Shown: positions 28,268 to 37,987 of the stretch, in pieces
Layout of the letters: each line of letters begins with the position of its first letter
Numbering within the stretch: the stretch's first letter is position 1
Assembly (NCBI GenBank): GCA_035935465.1
Contig: DASYXA010000056.1
Coordinates: forward strand, 652 to 64,651
Length of the DNA stretch: 64,000 bases
Direction of reading: 5' to 3'
From: Candidatus Limnocylindria bacterium
GTDB taxonomy: Bacteria > Chloroflexota > Limnocylindria > P2-11E
The notes under the pieces: model-generated
What the model saw: the letters and a program-made list of their open reading frames with translations, nothing else
The model's database searches: none
What the model was told of the DNA's origin: nothing
Translations under genes and position numbers: made by a program

Positions 28268-30174
28268 TCGCGCGGCGCGAGCCACTCCTTGAACGCGTCG
28301 AAGCCGTACGGGCGGCCGAGGAAGTCCTTCACCAGATCGGCGGCCGGCTTCGTGCCACCGGGTGCGAGGACCAGGTCGCGATAGCGCTTGGCCTGCCGCA
28401 GGTCCATGAGGCCGCTCTTGAACGCGCCGTGCATGTCCTTCGCGATGACGAGCGACCACATGTAGGTGTAGTAGAGAGCGGTGTAGCCCTCGAGATGGCC
28501 GAACGACGCCTGCATCGCGGTCCCCTCGGGCATCACCACCTTCGAGAACTCCGTGGACGCATCGAACACGATCTTCGTCGTGTCCAGTCCCTTCGGGTCG
28601 CGGTCGTGCAGGCGGAGCGAGATCGCCGACAGCATGAGCTGCCGCTGGACGTGCGTGCCCCGGCCGAAGTCACGTGCCTCGCGGAGCTTCCGCACGAGCG
28701 CCTCGGGGATCACCGCGCCCGTCTCGACGTGTCGCGCGAAGCGGCGGAGCACGTCGTAGTCGTAGATCCACTCCTCGAGGAACTGCGACGGCGCCTCGAT
28801 GAAGTCCCACTCCGCCGGCCGGCGCGCGCGCGCCCACTCGATCTCGCCGCTGACGATCCCGTGCACGAGATGCCCGAACTCGTGGAAATACGTCACGACC
28901 TCCGAGTGCTGCATGAGCGCGGGCCCCTGCTGCGCGCTCGGGTCCGGGAAGTTGCAGACCAGCACGCCGTGCGGCTTCGAGCGGCCCTTGAAGCCGGGGA
29001 TGAGCGTGAAGCAGGCGGCGTGCTTGAACTTCCCCTCGCGCGGGTGCATGTCGAGCGAGATGTGGCCCATCGCCCTGCCGTCGACACTCACCGCGAACGT
29101 CTCGACCGACGGGTGCCACAGCTCCAGCTTCACCGGGGTGAACGTGAGGCCGAAGAGCTCGCTGTTGAGATCGAGGATGGCCTGGCGCACCGCGCGGTAC
29201 TCGAAGTACGGCCGCAGCTCGCGGCCGTCGTAGCTGTACTTGCGGGCCTTCACCCGCTCGAGGAGGTACTGGATGTCCCACGTGCCGATCGGCTCGGCGC
29301 CCTTCTCCGCCACGAGCGCCGCGTACTCGCTGTCGGCGCTCTCCTGGCAGGCGGCGCGCGCGCGCTCGATGAACTCGCGGATCGCGCCGGCGGACCCGGT
29401 CATCTTGTCCTCGGACGCGTACTCCGCCCAGCTCGGATAGCCCAGGAGCGAGGCGAGCTCGGCGCGCTTGGCGAGCATCTGCTCGAGCAGCCGGACATTC
29501 GCCGGCACGGCGCGCGTGAGGTTCACGATCGCGAGCGCCTTGCGAGCCGCCTCGTCCGTCGCGTAGGTCATGAACGGAATGAGGTCCGGGTAGTTCGTCG
29601 TCACGTGCACCATGCCGTTCGTGTCGACCGGATGCGCGGCGACGTAATCGGGCGGCATGCCGTCGAGCTGCGTCGGATCGAGCACGACCTCCTGGACGTC
29701 CTCGCGGATGTTCTTCGCGAACTCCTGCTCGACCTTCACCAGCTCCGCGCGGAGCGTGCGGACGCGCTCCTGGTCCGCGGCGCCGAGCTCGATGCCCGAG
29801 CGGCGCATGTCGCGGCGCGCGAGCTCGACCACGCGCCGCGCGACCGGCTCGAGCGTCGGCGGTTCGATCCCGCCGAGGGCGTCGTAGAGCGGCCGGTCCT
29901 GACCGAGACGGGTCGTGAACGCCGAGAGCTCCTGGATGATGGTGTCGGCGGCCGCGCGGACCTCGGGGTCCGGATGGACCTCGGCCATGAGGCTGCACTC
30001 GCTCGCCGCTCCGGCGACCTCGATGCCGATCTCGTTGTACGGCCGGAGCGCGTTCGCCTCGGTGAACGGCGCCCTCACCCCGCGGAGGCCCGCCCGATGC
30101 GCTTCGGCGCGCGCGAGCCGCGCCCGGTTGCGTTCCAAGAGCTCGGACGCGACGGCGTTCGTCGTGGTCGTCAT
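28264..30174 (-). CDS. M3-family zinc metallopeptidase (oligopeptidase A/thimet-like)
   Basis: HEFGHLVH zinc motif and downstream E. About 636 aa. ATG at 30172-30174 overlaps the stop of the upstream TPP-enzyme gene (ATGA). Confidence 0.85.
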   Translation of the reverse strand: MTTTTNAVASELLERNRARLARAEAHRAGLRGVRAPFTEANALRPYNEIGIEVAGAASECSLMAEVHPDPEVRAAADTIIQELSAFTTRLGQDRPLYDALGGIEPPTLEPVARRVVELARRDMRRSGIELGAADQERVRTLRAELVKVEQEFAKNIREDVQEVVLDPTQLDGMPPDYVAAHPVDTNGMVHVTTNYPDLIPFMTYATDEAARKALAIVNLTRAVPANVRLLEQMLAKRAELASLLGYPSWAEYASEDKMTGSAGAIREFIERARAACQESADSEYAALVAEKGAEPIGTWDIQYLLERVKARKYSYDGRELRPYFEYRAVRQAILDLNSELFGLTFTPVKLELWHPSVETFAVSVDGRAMGHISLDMHPREGKFKHAACFTLIPGFKGRSKPHGVLVCNFPDPSAQQGPALMQHSEVVTYFHEFGHLVHGIVSGEIEWARARRPAEWDFIEAPSQFLEEWIYDYDVLRRFARHVETGAVIPEALVRKLREARDFGRGTHVQRQLMLSAISLRLHDRDPKGLDTTKIVFDASTEFSKVVMPEGTAMQASFGHLEGYTALYYTYMWSLVIAKDMHGAFKSGLMDLRQAKRYRDLVLAPGGTKPAADLVKDFLGRPYGFDAFKEWLAPRD

Positions 30175-31817
30175 CGGCGCTCGGAGTCTACCGAGAGCCG
30201 GTATCCCGCGGGATCGACGTGCGCGGCGACGACCGTCACGCGCGTCGACCGCGCCGCGTCGCGGAACGCGGCGCGGCACTCGTCCACCGTGCCCACCGCG
30301 ATGCCGTCGGCGCTGAAGGCCGTCGCGAGCGCGCGATAGTCGAGCGCGCCGAAGGTCGTCCCGGTCACGGGGAAGCCCTTGCGCTCCTGGCCGGCCTTGA
30401 TCTGCTGGAGGGCCTCGTCGGCGAGGACGACGACCGTGAACGCGAGCCCGAGCCGCGCCGCGGTCTCGAGCTCCGCCACGCTCATCGCGAAGCCGCCATC
30501 ACCGAGGATGCAGGCGACGGCCCGGTCGGGGCGTGCCAGCTTCAGTCCGATCGCCGCGGGCAGGCCGTACCCCATCGACGAGAGGCCGTTGGACACGAAG
30601 AAGGTCCGCGGCAGGTAGGCGGGCCAGCACTGGACCGAGACAGCCTTGTTGAAGCCCACGTCGCACGACACCAGCGCGTCCTCGGGGAGCGACTCGCGCA
30701 GCGCCGCCAGGACGTCCTGCGAAGTGAGGCCGTCGCGCCTGGGGCGCACGGATCGCCGGAACTCGTCACGGAAGCGCGCCGCGTCGGTCGCGTCGAGCCG
30801 ATCCGCCGCGCGGAGCGCGTCGAGCGCCTCCGCGATCGGGCCGACGATCTCGATCGCAGCCGCGTAGTGGCGATCGTCGTTCGGGACCGGACCGATGTGG
30901 ATGACCGGCGCGGGGGCGGTCCAGTCGCGGTCGAGCTCGACCGGGTCGAGCCCGACCATGAGGACGAGATCGCGCCCGGCGATCCACTCATAGAGCGTGG
31001 CGCTGCCGAGGCCCTCGATCGTCCCGATGCAGAGCGGATGGTCGTCGCGGAGCAGGCCCTTCGCCTTGGGCGACAGGATCGCCGGTATCCCCCACGCCTC
31101 GACGAACCGGCGGAGCGCCACGCCCGTCGCGTCATCGAGCGCATCGAGCCCGGCCAGGACCGCCGGCCGCGCGCTCTTCCGCAGCGCCGCGAGGGCAGCG
31201 TCCACCGCGGAACGGTCGAGCGCGGCGGGCACGGCCGCGTCGGCGCCCATCGCGCCGGCGACGGCCTCCTGCGCCGCGACGCCGCTCGGCACTTCGAGGA
31301 AGACCGGACCCTGGCGCCTGCGCGACGCAAGACGCACCGCGCGGTCGGTGACCGCGACCGCGTTCGCCGCGTTCACCCGCGCCTGCCACTTCGTGATCGG
31401 CGCGAAGAGCGCGCGGAGATCGAGCTTCTGGTGGGTCACGATCTCGAACCGGTCCGCCGGCAGCTGCCCGGTGATCGCGATCAGCGGCGCGCGGTCGAGG
31501 TACGCGTGCGCCACGCCGGTGACGAGGTTCGTCGCGCCCGGCCCGAGCGTCGCGAGGCACGCGCCGGGCCGGCCGCTGCAGCTGGCCATCGCCTCGGCCA
31601 TGAACGCCGCGCCGGTCTCGTGCTTGGCGAGGACGAACTCGAGGCCGGCCTGGCGGAAGCCTTCGATGAGATCGACGACCTCTCCGCCGGGGTGCCCGAA
31701 GACGTGACGGATCCCGGCGGCGTACAGCCGGTCCCCGATCGCCCGCGCGACGGTCGACACGGCCCTAACTATCGTGGAACCGCCCCGGCGGCCCGGGGCC
31801 GGATGTTGCTGACGCAA
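30171..31817 (-). CDS. thiamine-pyrophosphate enzyme, acetolactate-synthase large-subunit family (function not assignable)
   Basis: TPP N-domain (HVFGHPGGEV), central domain, C-terminal GDGGF...N TPP-binding motif. TTG start at 31817 (alternative GTG about 31760). Confidence 0.8.
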   Translation of the reverse strand: MRQQHPAPGRRGGSTIVRAVSTVARAIGDRLYAAGIRHVFGHPGGEVVDLIEGFRQAGLEFVLAKHETGAAFMAEAMASCSGRPGACLATLGPGATNLVTGVAHAYLDRAPLIAITGQLPADRFEIVTHQKLDLRALFAPITKWQARVNAANAVAVTDRAVRLASRRRQGPVFLEVPSGVAAQEAVAGAMGADAAVPAALDRSAVDAALAALRKSARPAVLAGLDALDDATGVALRRFVEAWGIPAILSPKAKGLLRDDHPLCIGTIEGLGSATLYEWIAGRDLVLMVGLDPVELDRDWTAPAPVIHIGPVPNDDRHYAAAIEIVGPIAEALDALRAADRLDATDAARFRDEFRRSVRPRRDGLTSQDVLAALRESLPEDALVSCDVGFNKAVSVQCWPAYLPRTFFVSNGLSSMGYGLPAAIGLKLARPDRAVACILGDGGFAMSVAELETAARLGLAFTVVVLADEALQQIKAGQERKGFPVTGTTFGALDYRALATAFSADGIAVGTVDECRAAFRDAARSTRVTVVAAHVDPAGYRLSVDSERR

Positions 31818-31943
31818 CTATCGGTGTGGTATCCTTGACCTCGCATCCCGCGCCGCACCGTCCTTGTGAGGCCAGCCGCTCCTTCACCCTCGCGGCTGCC
31901 GACCGACCGGTCCACCGGCCAGCAATTTGGAGGAACCACACGA

Positions 31944-32165
31944 TTGAAGACGTCAGGACTTCCCTGCCGCGCCACGATGGACTGTGACGCCGTGTTCACG
32001 CCCGCGGACGACAAGACCCTGAAGCTCCTGCTCGCGGCCGCCGCCGAGCGCGACGCGCACGAGCTCGCGGCCCACGGGTACACCCACCGGATCATCGACG
32101 TCGCCAAGCCGGACTTCGCCGCGGGTCCCCGTGGCCGCCGTCCGCGCAAGGAAGCCGCCGCCTAA
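31944..32165 (+). CDS. small hypothetical protein (about 74 aa)
   Basis: GGAGGA 9 nt upstream of TTG 31944. Alternative ATG 31977. No homology recognised. Directly precedes the aldehyde dehydrogenase. Confidence 0.3.
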   Translation: MKTSGLPCRATMDCDAVFTPADDKTLKLLLAAAAERDAHELAAHGYTHRIIDVAKPDFAAGPRGRRPRKEAAA

Positions 32166-32174
32166 GGCCGTGGC

Positions 32175-33578
32175 GTGACGACGATCGAGTCCGTCGAGCC
32201 CGCCACCGAAGCCGTCCGCGCTCGCTTCGAACCGCATTCGAACGCCGACGTCAATGCCGCGATCCGGTCTGCCGACGCGGCGTTCCGTTTCTGGCGGACC
32301 GTCCCGCTGGCCGAGCGCGCGATCCGGATGCATCTGCTCGCGACGGTCCTCCGTGACCGCAAGGACCGCTACGCGCGGCTCATCACGACCGAGATGGGCA
32401 AGCCGATCACCGAGGCGCTCGCCGAGATCGAGAAGTGCGCCTGGAGCTGCGACTTCTACGCGGACCACGCCGCCGCGTACCTGGCCGACGAACCCGTCGA
32501 GACGAACGCGCGCGCGAGCTACGTCTCCTTCCAGCCGTTGGGCGTGATCCTCGCGGTCATGCCCTGGAACTACCCGTTCTGGCAGGTCATCCGGTTCCTC
32601 GCGCCCGCGCTCATGGCCGGCAACGCCGCGCTCCTCAAGCACGCGTCGAACGTCCCGCAGTGCGCGCTCGCGCTCGAAGAGGCGGTCCACGACGCGGGCT
32701 ACCCGGACGGGCTGCTCCGCACGCTCCTCGTCGCGGGCGCCGCGATCGAGCCGGTCATCGCGGACGAGCGCGTGCGGGCGGTGACGCTCACCGGGAGCAC
32801 CGAGACCGGCAAGCGCATCGCGGCGCTCGCGGGACAGGTGGTGAAGAAAGCCGTCCTCGAGCTCGGCGGATCCGACCCGTTCATTGTTCTTCGCGATGCC
32901 GACCTCGGCGCCGCCGTGGAGACCGCCGCGCGGGCGCGCTTCCAGAACGCCGGCCAGTCGTGCATCGCGGCGAAGCGGTTCCTCGTCGAAGCACCGGTCG
33001 CCGCGGAGTTCGAACGGCGGTTCGCGGACGCGATCCGCGCATTGCGGGTCGGCGATCCTTTGGATCCCGCGACGCAGGTCGGCCCGCTCGCGCGCGAGGA
33101 TCTGCGCGACGCGCTCGAGCGGCAGGTGGCCGGGTCGGTGCGGATGGGCGCGCGCGTCGTCCTCGGGGGGAAGAAGCGCGCGGGACCGGGCTGGTTCTAC
33201 GAGCCGACGCTGCTCGCGGATGTCACGGAGGACATGCCGGTCCTGCGGGAAGAGACGTTCGGCCCGGTGGCCGCTCTGCTGAGCGTGCCGGACGCCGCGG
33301 AGGCCGTCCGGGTCGCGAACAGCTCGCCGTACGGGCTCGGCGCGGCCGTGTGGACGAGCGATGAGCGGGTTGGCCGGACCCTCGCCCGGCAGATCGAGTC
33401 CGGCTCGGTATTCATCAACGGGATGGTCGCATCCGATCCGCGCCTCCCGTTCGGTGGCGTCAAGCAGAGCGGCTACGGCCGTGAGCTGTCGAGCTTCGGC
33501 ATCCGTGAGTTCGTGAACATCCAGACCATCTGGATCGGCCCGGCGAATCAGGCCCCGCCCGTCACCAGCGCCGAATAG
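32175..33578 (+). CDS. NAD(P)-dependent aldehyde dehydrogenase, succinate-semialdehyde dehydrogenase-like
   Basis: ALDH family: ELGGSDP, catalytic Cys block GQSCIAAKR, EETFGPV. 467 aa. GTG start. Confidence 0.85.
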   Translation: MTTIESVEPATEAVRARFEPHSNADVNAAIRSADAAFRFWRTVPLAERAIRMHLLATVLRDRKDRYARLITTEMGKPITEALAEIEKCAWSCDFYADHAAAYLADEPVETNARASYVSFQPLGVILAVMPWNYPFWQVIRFLAPALMAGNAALLKHASNVPQCALALEEAVHDAGYPDGLLRTLLVAGAAIEPVIADERVRAVTLTGSTETGKRIAALAGQVVKKAVLELGGSDPFIVLRDADLGAAVETAARARFQNAGQSCIAAKRFLVEAPVAAEFERRFADAIRALRVGDPLDPATQVGPLAREDLRDALERQVAGSVRMGARVVLGGKKRAGPGWFYEPTLLADVTEDMPVLREETFGPVAALLSVPDAAEAVRVANSSPYGLGAAVWTSDERVGRTLARQIESGSVFINGMVASDPRLPFGGVKQSGYGRELSSFGIREFVNIQTIWIGPANQAPPVTSAE

Positions 33579-33590
33579 CCTCACGCGCGG

Positions 33591-35207
33591 ATGAACGTCG
33601 CCGAGCTCGTGGTCGCCTGCCTCGAGAACGAAGGCGTCCGGCACGTGTTCGCGCTTCCCGGGGAGGAGACGCTCGCGCTCGGCCTCGCGCTCGAGGACAG
33701 CACGGCGATCACCCAGGTCATCGTCCGCCACGAGCAGGGTGCCGCGTTCATGGCCGACGTCGCCGGCCGGCTCACCTCGTACCCGGGGGTGTGCCTCGCG
33801 ACGCTCGGCCCGGGCGCGACGAACCTCCTGACCGGCGTCGCGGACGCGACCCTCGACGGCGCGCCGCTCGTCGCGCTCACCGGACAGGCCGGCCTCGAGC
33901 GGATCCACAAACGCTCGCACCAGTACGTCGACGTCCTCGGCATGTTCGCGCCGGTCGTGAAGTGGGGCGCGCGGATCGAGCTCCCCGACGGCGCGCCGGA
34001 GGTGGTCCGCACCGCGTTCCGCACGGCCCGGCTCGAGCGTCCGGGCGCCACGCACGTCGAGCTCCCGGAGGACGTCGCCGAACGCGAAGTGGACGGACGG
34101 CCGATGACGGTGCGTCGCACGCGGTACGCGGCGGCGCGCGAGGACGCGGTCCGCGCGGCTGCCGACGCGATCAACGGCGCGAGCCGGCCGCTCCTGCTGG
34201 TCGGCAACGGGGTGCTCCGCCGGGACGCCGCCGGCCACGGCGCGGTCGCCGCGCTGCGCGCGTTCGTCGCACGCACGCGCATCCGGGCGACGCACACGTT
34301 CATGGCGAAGGGCGCGCTCGACGCCCGCGCGCCGGCGTCGTTGCCGGCGGTGGGCCTCCAGCGTCCAGGCGCCGATCTGGCCGCGCTCCCGGAGCTCGCG
34401 CAGGCCGACGTCGTCGTCTGCGTCGGCTACGACCTCGTGGAGTGGGCACCGGCGCTCTGGAATCCCAGGGGCGACAAGCGGGTCGTTCACATCGATAGCC
34501 GGCCGGCCGAGATCGACGCGAGCTACGTCGTCGCGACGGAGATGGTCGGGGAGATCGCCGATTCGCTCGAGGCCCTCACGCCCCTCATCTCGCCCCGACC
34601 GGCGGCGGCGCACGAACGGATCGAGCTGCGTGTCGCGGGCGACGGCGCGTTCCCGCTCTGGCCGCGCCGCATCGTCGCGGATCTGCGCGCCGCGCTCGAT
34701 GACGAGGACGTCGTCATCTGCGACGTCGGCGCGCACAAGGTCTGGCTGTCGCGCCTGTACCCGGCGTACGCGCCGAACACGGTGATCGTCGCCAACGGAT
34801 TCGCGCCGATGGGGATCGCGCTCCCCGGCGCGATCGCGGCCAAGCTCGTGCGGCCGGAGCGCACGGTCGTCGCCTTCTCGGGCGATGGCGGGTTCCTGAT
34901 GAACGTGCAGGAGCTCGAGACCGCGAAGCGCCTGGACCTTGCGATCGTGTGCGTCGTCCTCGTGGACGGCCGCTACGGGGTCATCGAGGCGAACCAGCAG
35001 CGGCGGTTCGGGCGCACCGGCGGGGTCGAGTTCACGAACCCCGACCTCGTGCAGCTCGCGCGGGCATTCGGGATCCACGGCGAGGCGGTCTCGAGCGCGG
35101 ATGGCCTGCTGCCCGCGCTGCGGCGCGCGCTGGACGCCGACGGACCGGCCATCGTGGCCGTGCCGATCGACCCGCGGCAGAACACGAAGCTGGGCGACGT
35201 CCTCTAG
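33591..35207 (+). CDS. thiamine-pyrophosphate enzyme, acetolactate-synthase large-subunit family (second paralog)
   Basis: HVFALPGEE, GPGATNLLTG, GDGGFLMNVQELETA motifs. 538 aa. Confidence 0.8.
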   Translation: MNVAELVVACLENEGVRHVFALPGEETLALGLALEDSTAITQVIVRHEQGAAFMADVAGRLTSYPGVCLATLGPGATNLLTGVADATLDGAPLVALTGQAGLERIHKRSHQYVDVLGMFAPVVKWGARIELPDGAPEVVRTAFRTARLERPGATHVELPEDVAEREVDGRPMTVRRTRYAAAREDAVRAAADAINGASRPLLLVGNGVLRRDAAGHGAVAALRAFVARTRIRATHTFMAKGALDARAPASLPAVGLQRPGADLAALPELAQADVVVCVGYDLVEWAPALWNPRGDKRVVHIDSRPAEIDASYVVATEMVGEIADSLEALTPLISPRPAAAHERIELRVAGDGAFPLWPRRIVADLRAALDDEDVVICDVGAHKVWLSRLYPAYAPNTVIVANGFAPMGIALPGAIAAKLVRPERTVVAFSGDGGFLMNVQELETAKRLDLAIVCVVLVDGRYGVIEANQQRRFGRTGGVEFTNPDLVQLARAFGIHGEAVSSADGLLPALRRALDADGPAIVAVPIDPRQNTKLGDVL

Positions 35208-35530
35208 CCACCGCCGCCGGGGATCCGTGCAGCCCCGACGAGCCCGATCGAGTCGAGCGCGAGGCCGGCCCGCTGCCGGGATACCCAGCTCGGTCCGCGA
35301 GTAGCTCGCCGGGCGGGCGGATCGTGCGGTGTCACGACCGGCACCGCCCACCCCGTTGGCCTGTGTGCTTGCTAGGCGACGGTCGTATCGTCTGACGCCA
35401 GCAAGGACCGGGGAATCGGGCGTCGCAGGGGCATCGGGGAGGAGAGGGCGCAACCGTCTGAGCCGGGCTCGCCGCCCGATCGGCGTGCGTTGAGGATGAG
35501 GCGGCGGCGTTGGCGCCGCGGAGGGTTGAG

Positions 35531-37729
35531 ATGAAGATCCGTCGTCAGGTCGCGTTGCTCGTCATCGCGCTGGTGCTTTTCGCCCTCCTGCCGGCCACGT
35601 CCGCGCGCGCGGGCTTCAGCAACGGCCTCCAGCTCGAGGAAGGCAGCGGCGGCGCCTATCAAGTGTCGAAGGACGTCGATGCCGTCTCGGGCACGACCAT
35701 GCTCAGCGGGACGCGGTCCTTCTGGGGCCTCCTCAGCAACGGCACCGCCGTCAGCGGCGCGACCGTTGGCGTCGACAGCGGGTACGCACCGGCGGGCTTC
35801 CAGGCGGGCGCCCCGGTCACCTCGTTCCCGGTGACGACGAGCCAGTCGTCCCTCGGCCCGGGTTCGGGGCTCTGGCTCGGCGTCGGAACGCCCCTCCCAA
35901 CGAGCGGCGAGGTCGGCTTCGATTCGTCGCGCACCGTCGACACGCTCATGGTGCCGCTCGACGGTCTCGACCAGACCGCGACCGTGACGGTCACGCTCAC
36001 CGACCCGCGCTTCGGCACGAATCCCGACCACTACGTGAAGCTCACGATCGACTCGTGGGTCCGCGGTGCGGCCCTCGTTTCCGCGACGCCGCCCGCGCCG
36101 GCGTCTCCGGGGGAGACGTTCAGCGTGTTCTCGAACCCGTCGGGCGCCCAGTTCGTCTTCGGCGGCGCATTTGGACACACCTACGCCTTCACGGTCGTTC
36201 TGCACGTGCCGAACCCGAGCGGCGTCGCCTTCGCGCACAAGCCGCACGTGGGCATCCTCGCGACGCTCGGCGGACCGCCCAGCTGCGTGAGCGGTTGCGC
36301 GCCGGCGACGAGCGCGCGCATCGCCGAGCCGCTTCTCGACGGTGGGAGCGCCGGCCGCGGCGCGATCTTCGCGTCGGCGAACGAGGCGCTTCCCTGGAGC
36401 ACGAACACGCGTGAGCTCCTCGGGCTGGCGTACGACGGGACCAACGCGCCGGTGCCGCAGCGCTGCGTGGGTCTGGGACAGACGCCGCCCGTGGGCTCCA
36501 CCGCCGTGCTCGCGGGGCTGCGCTGCCCCGACGAGCTCGCCGCGGCACCCAATGGCGACCTCTACTTCCTCCAGTCGCCGTCGCCGAGCGAGCGCGTCCT
36601 TTATCGCCTCGCGCGCGGCGCGTCCGCGCCCGTCGCGGTCCGCACGGTCGCGGACTACGCGCCGGTCGCGCCGGATGCCGAGCCGCCGATCCAGTCGATC
36701 GGCTTCGATCGGCGCGGCGACGTGTACTGGCTCGAGCGCTCGCTCATCGATCCGGTCTCGCGCCTCGCGCACAGCGCCATCTGGCAGCTCGATCCGCGGA
36801 CCGGAGCCATGCACGAGCTGTACGGCGCGGACGGCGCGCCGTTCGAACCCGCGCCGCTCACCTCGGGCGCTTCGATCAACGTGCTCGCGGTGGGGCCCAA
36901 CGGCACCGCGTACTTCGCCGGCGACCTCCACGACGCGACGCTCGGACGCACGGTGGGCGTGGTCTACGCGCTGCCGCGCGGCGCCTCGGCGCCGACGCTG
37001 CTCGCGCGCTTCGACGCCGTCGTCAGCAACCCGGTCGCGGTCGGCGGCATCACCGCCGACGCGCACGGGCATGTGTTCGCCCTGGTGAGCGGCCCGACCA
37101 CAACGCAGCTCTACACGATCGACACGGCGAGCGTCTCGACCGGCGACGATCAAGGACAGTCCGGCGCGAGCGGGACGGGCACGAGCTCTTCGGTGCCGCC
37201 GCGGCTCGTCGACGAGATCGTGCGCACCACCGATCCAGGCGGCGCGCAACCCCACAACTTCACAAGCCTGGCGGCGACGCCGCGGGGAGACCTCTACGTG
37301 CTCGAGCAGTCACGCACCGGCCAGACCGCCTTCGGTTGCGCGACGAGCACGCGCTACCGCGTGCTGCGCTACGCGCCGCGAACACTGACCCGCTCAGTCG
37401 TGTCGGACGCGACGTATGCGGGCTTCTGGGCGACCTTCGTGCCTTCGCAGGCGTACTTCCGGGTGTCGCGGCAGGGTGCGGTGTACTTCCAGACCGACCA
37501 CGCCGCGATGAGCTGTCCCGGGCCGAGCCCGTTCCTGCTCGACCACCTGGTGGTGCGTGGCGTGGCGCCGTCGCCGACGGGAGCGCTGCGTCGGCAGACC
37601 GCGCTCAGCGAAGACCGGCTCGCGGAGTTCACGCTCTGGGGCATGCCGCCGACGTACGCGATCGGACCCGGCGGCTCGCTCTACATCGCCTCACGGGCGA
37701 ACGGCACGATCGTGAGGCTGCGGAACTAG
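35531..37729 (+). CDS. secreted repeat protein, probable beta-propeller
   Basis: Signal peptide MKIRRQVALLVIALVLFALLPATSARA, GGAGGG SD. Recurring GDLYFLQ/GDVYWLE/GTAYFAG/GHVFALV/GDLYVLE/GAVYFQT/GSLYIAS blade-like motifs. Confidence 0.65.
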   Translation: MKIRRQVALLVIALVLFALLPATSARAGFSNGLQLEEGSGGAYQVSKDVDAVSGTTMLSGTRSFWGLLSNGTAVSGATVGVDSGYAPAGFQAGAPVTSFPVTTSQSSLGPGSGLWLGVGTPLPTSGEVGFDSSRTVDTLMVPLDGLDQTATVTVTLTDPRFGTNPDHYVKLTIDSWVRGAALVSATPPAPASPGETFSVFSNPSGAQFVFGGAFGHTYAFTVVLHVPNPSGVAFAHKPHVGILATLGGPPSCVSGCAPATSARIAEPLLDGGSAGRGAIFASANEALPWSTNTRELLGLAYDGTNAPVPQRCVGLGQTPPVGSTAVLAGLRCPDELAAAPNGDLYFLQSPSPSERVLYRLARGASAPVAVRTVADYAPVAPDAEPPIQSIGFDRRGDVYWLERSLIDPVSRLAHSAIWQLDPRTGAMHELYGADGAPFEPAPLTSGASINVLAVGPNGTAYFAGDLHDATLGRTVGVVYALPRGASAPTLLARFDAVVSNPVAVGGITADAHGHVFALVSGPTTTQLYTIDTASVSTGDDQGQSGASGTGTSSSVPPRLVDEIVRTTDPGGAQPHNFTSLAATPRGDLYVLEQSRTGQTAFGCATSTRYRVLRYAPRTLTRSVVSDATYAGFWATFVPSQAYFRVSRQGAVYFQTDHAAMSCPGPSPFLLDHLVVRGVAPSPTGALRRQTALSEDRLAEFTLWGMPPTYAIGPGGSLYIASRANGTIVRLRN

Positions 37730-37987
37730 TAGAGCGGCGCCACGACGGCCAAGCCCGAGACCGGCAAGATCGAGCGGCAAGTCGCGTTTCGCCGCGCAGC
37801 GATGGCATTCCTTCTCGTCGCACTCGCACGCGGTGAGTCCGGCACGTGAGGCCAGGGATCGCTGCCACCTGCGCTCGGTGACGCTGACGAGATCCCTCCT
37901 TCCGCTACGCCGCTGCTACCGGTTGCGGCGGGGAATACCGATACCGTCGGCGTCAGGCATCCACCGGTGAGAAGCGGAGGCTTGGCA

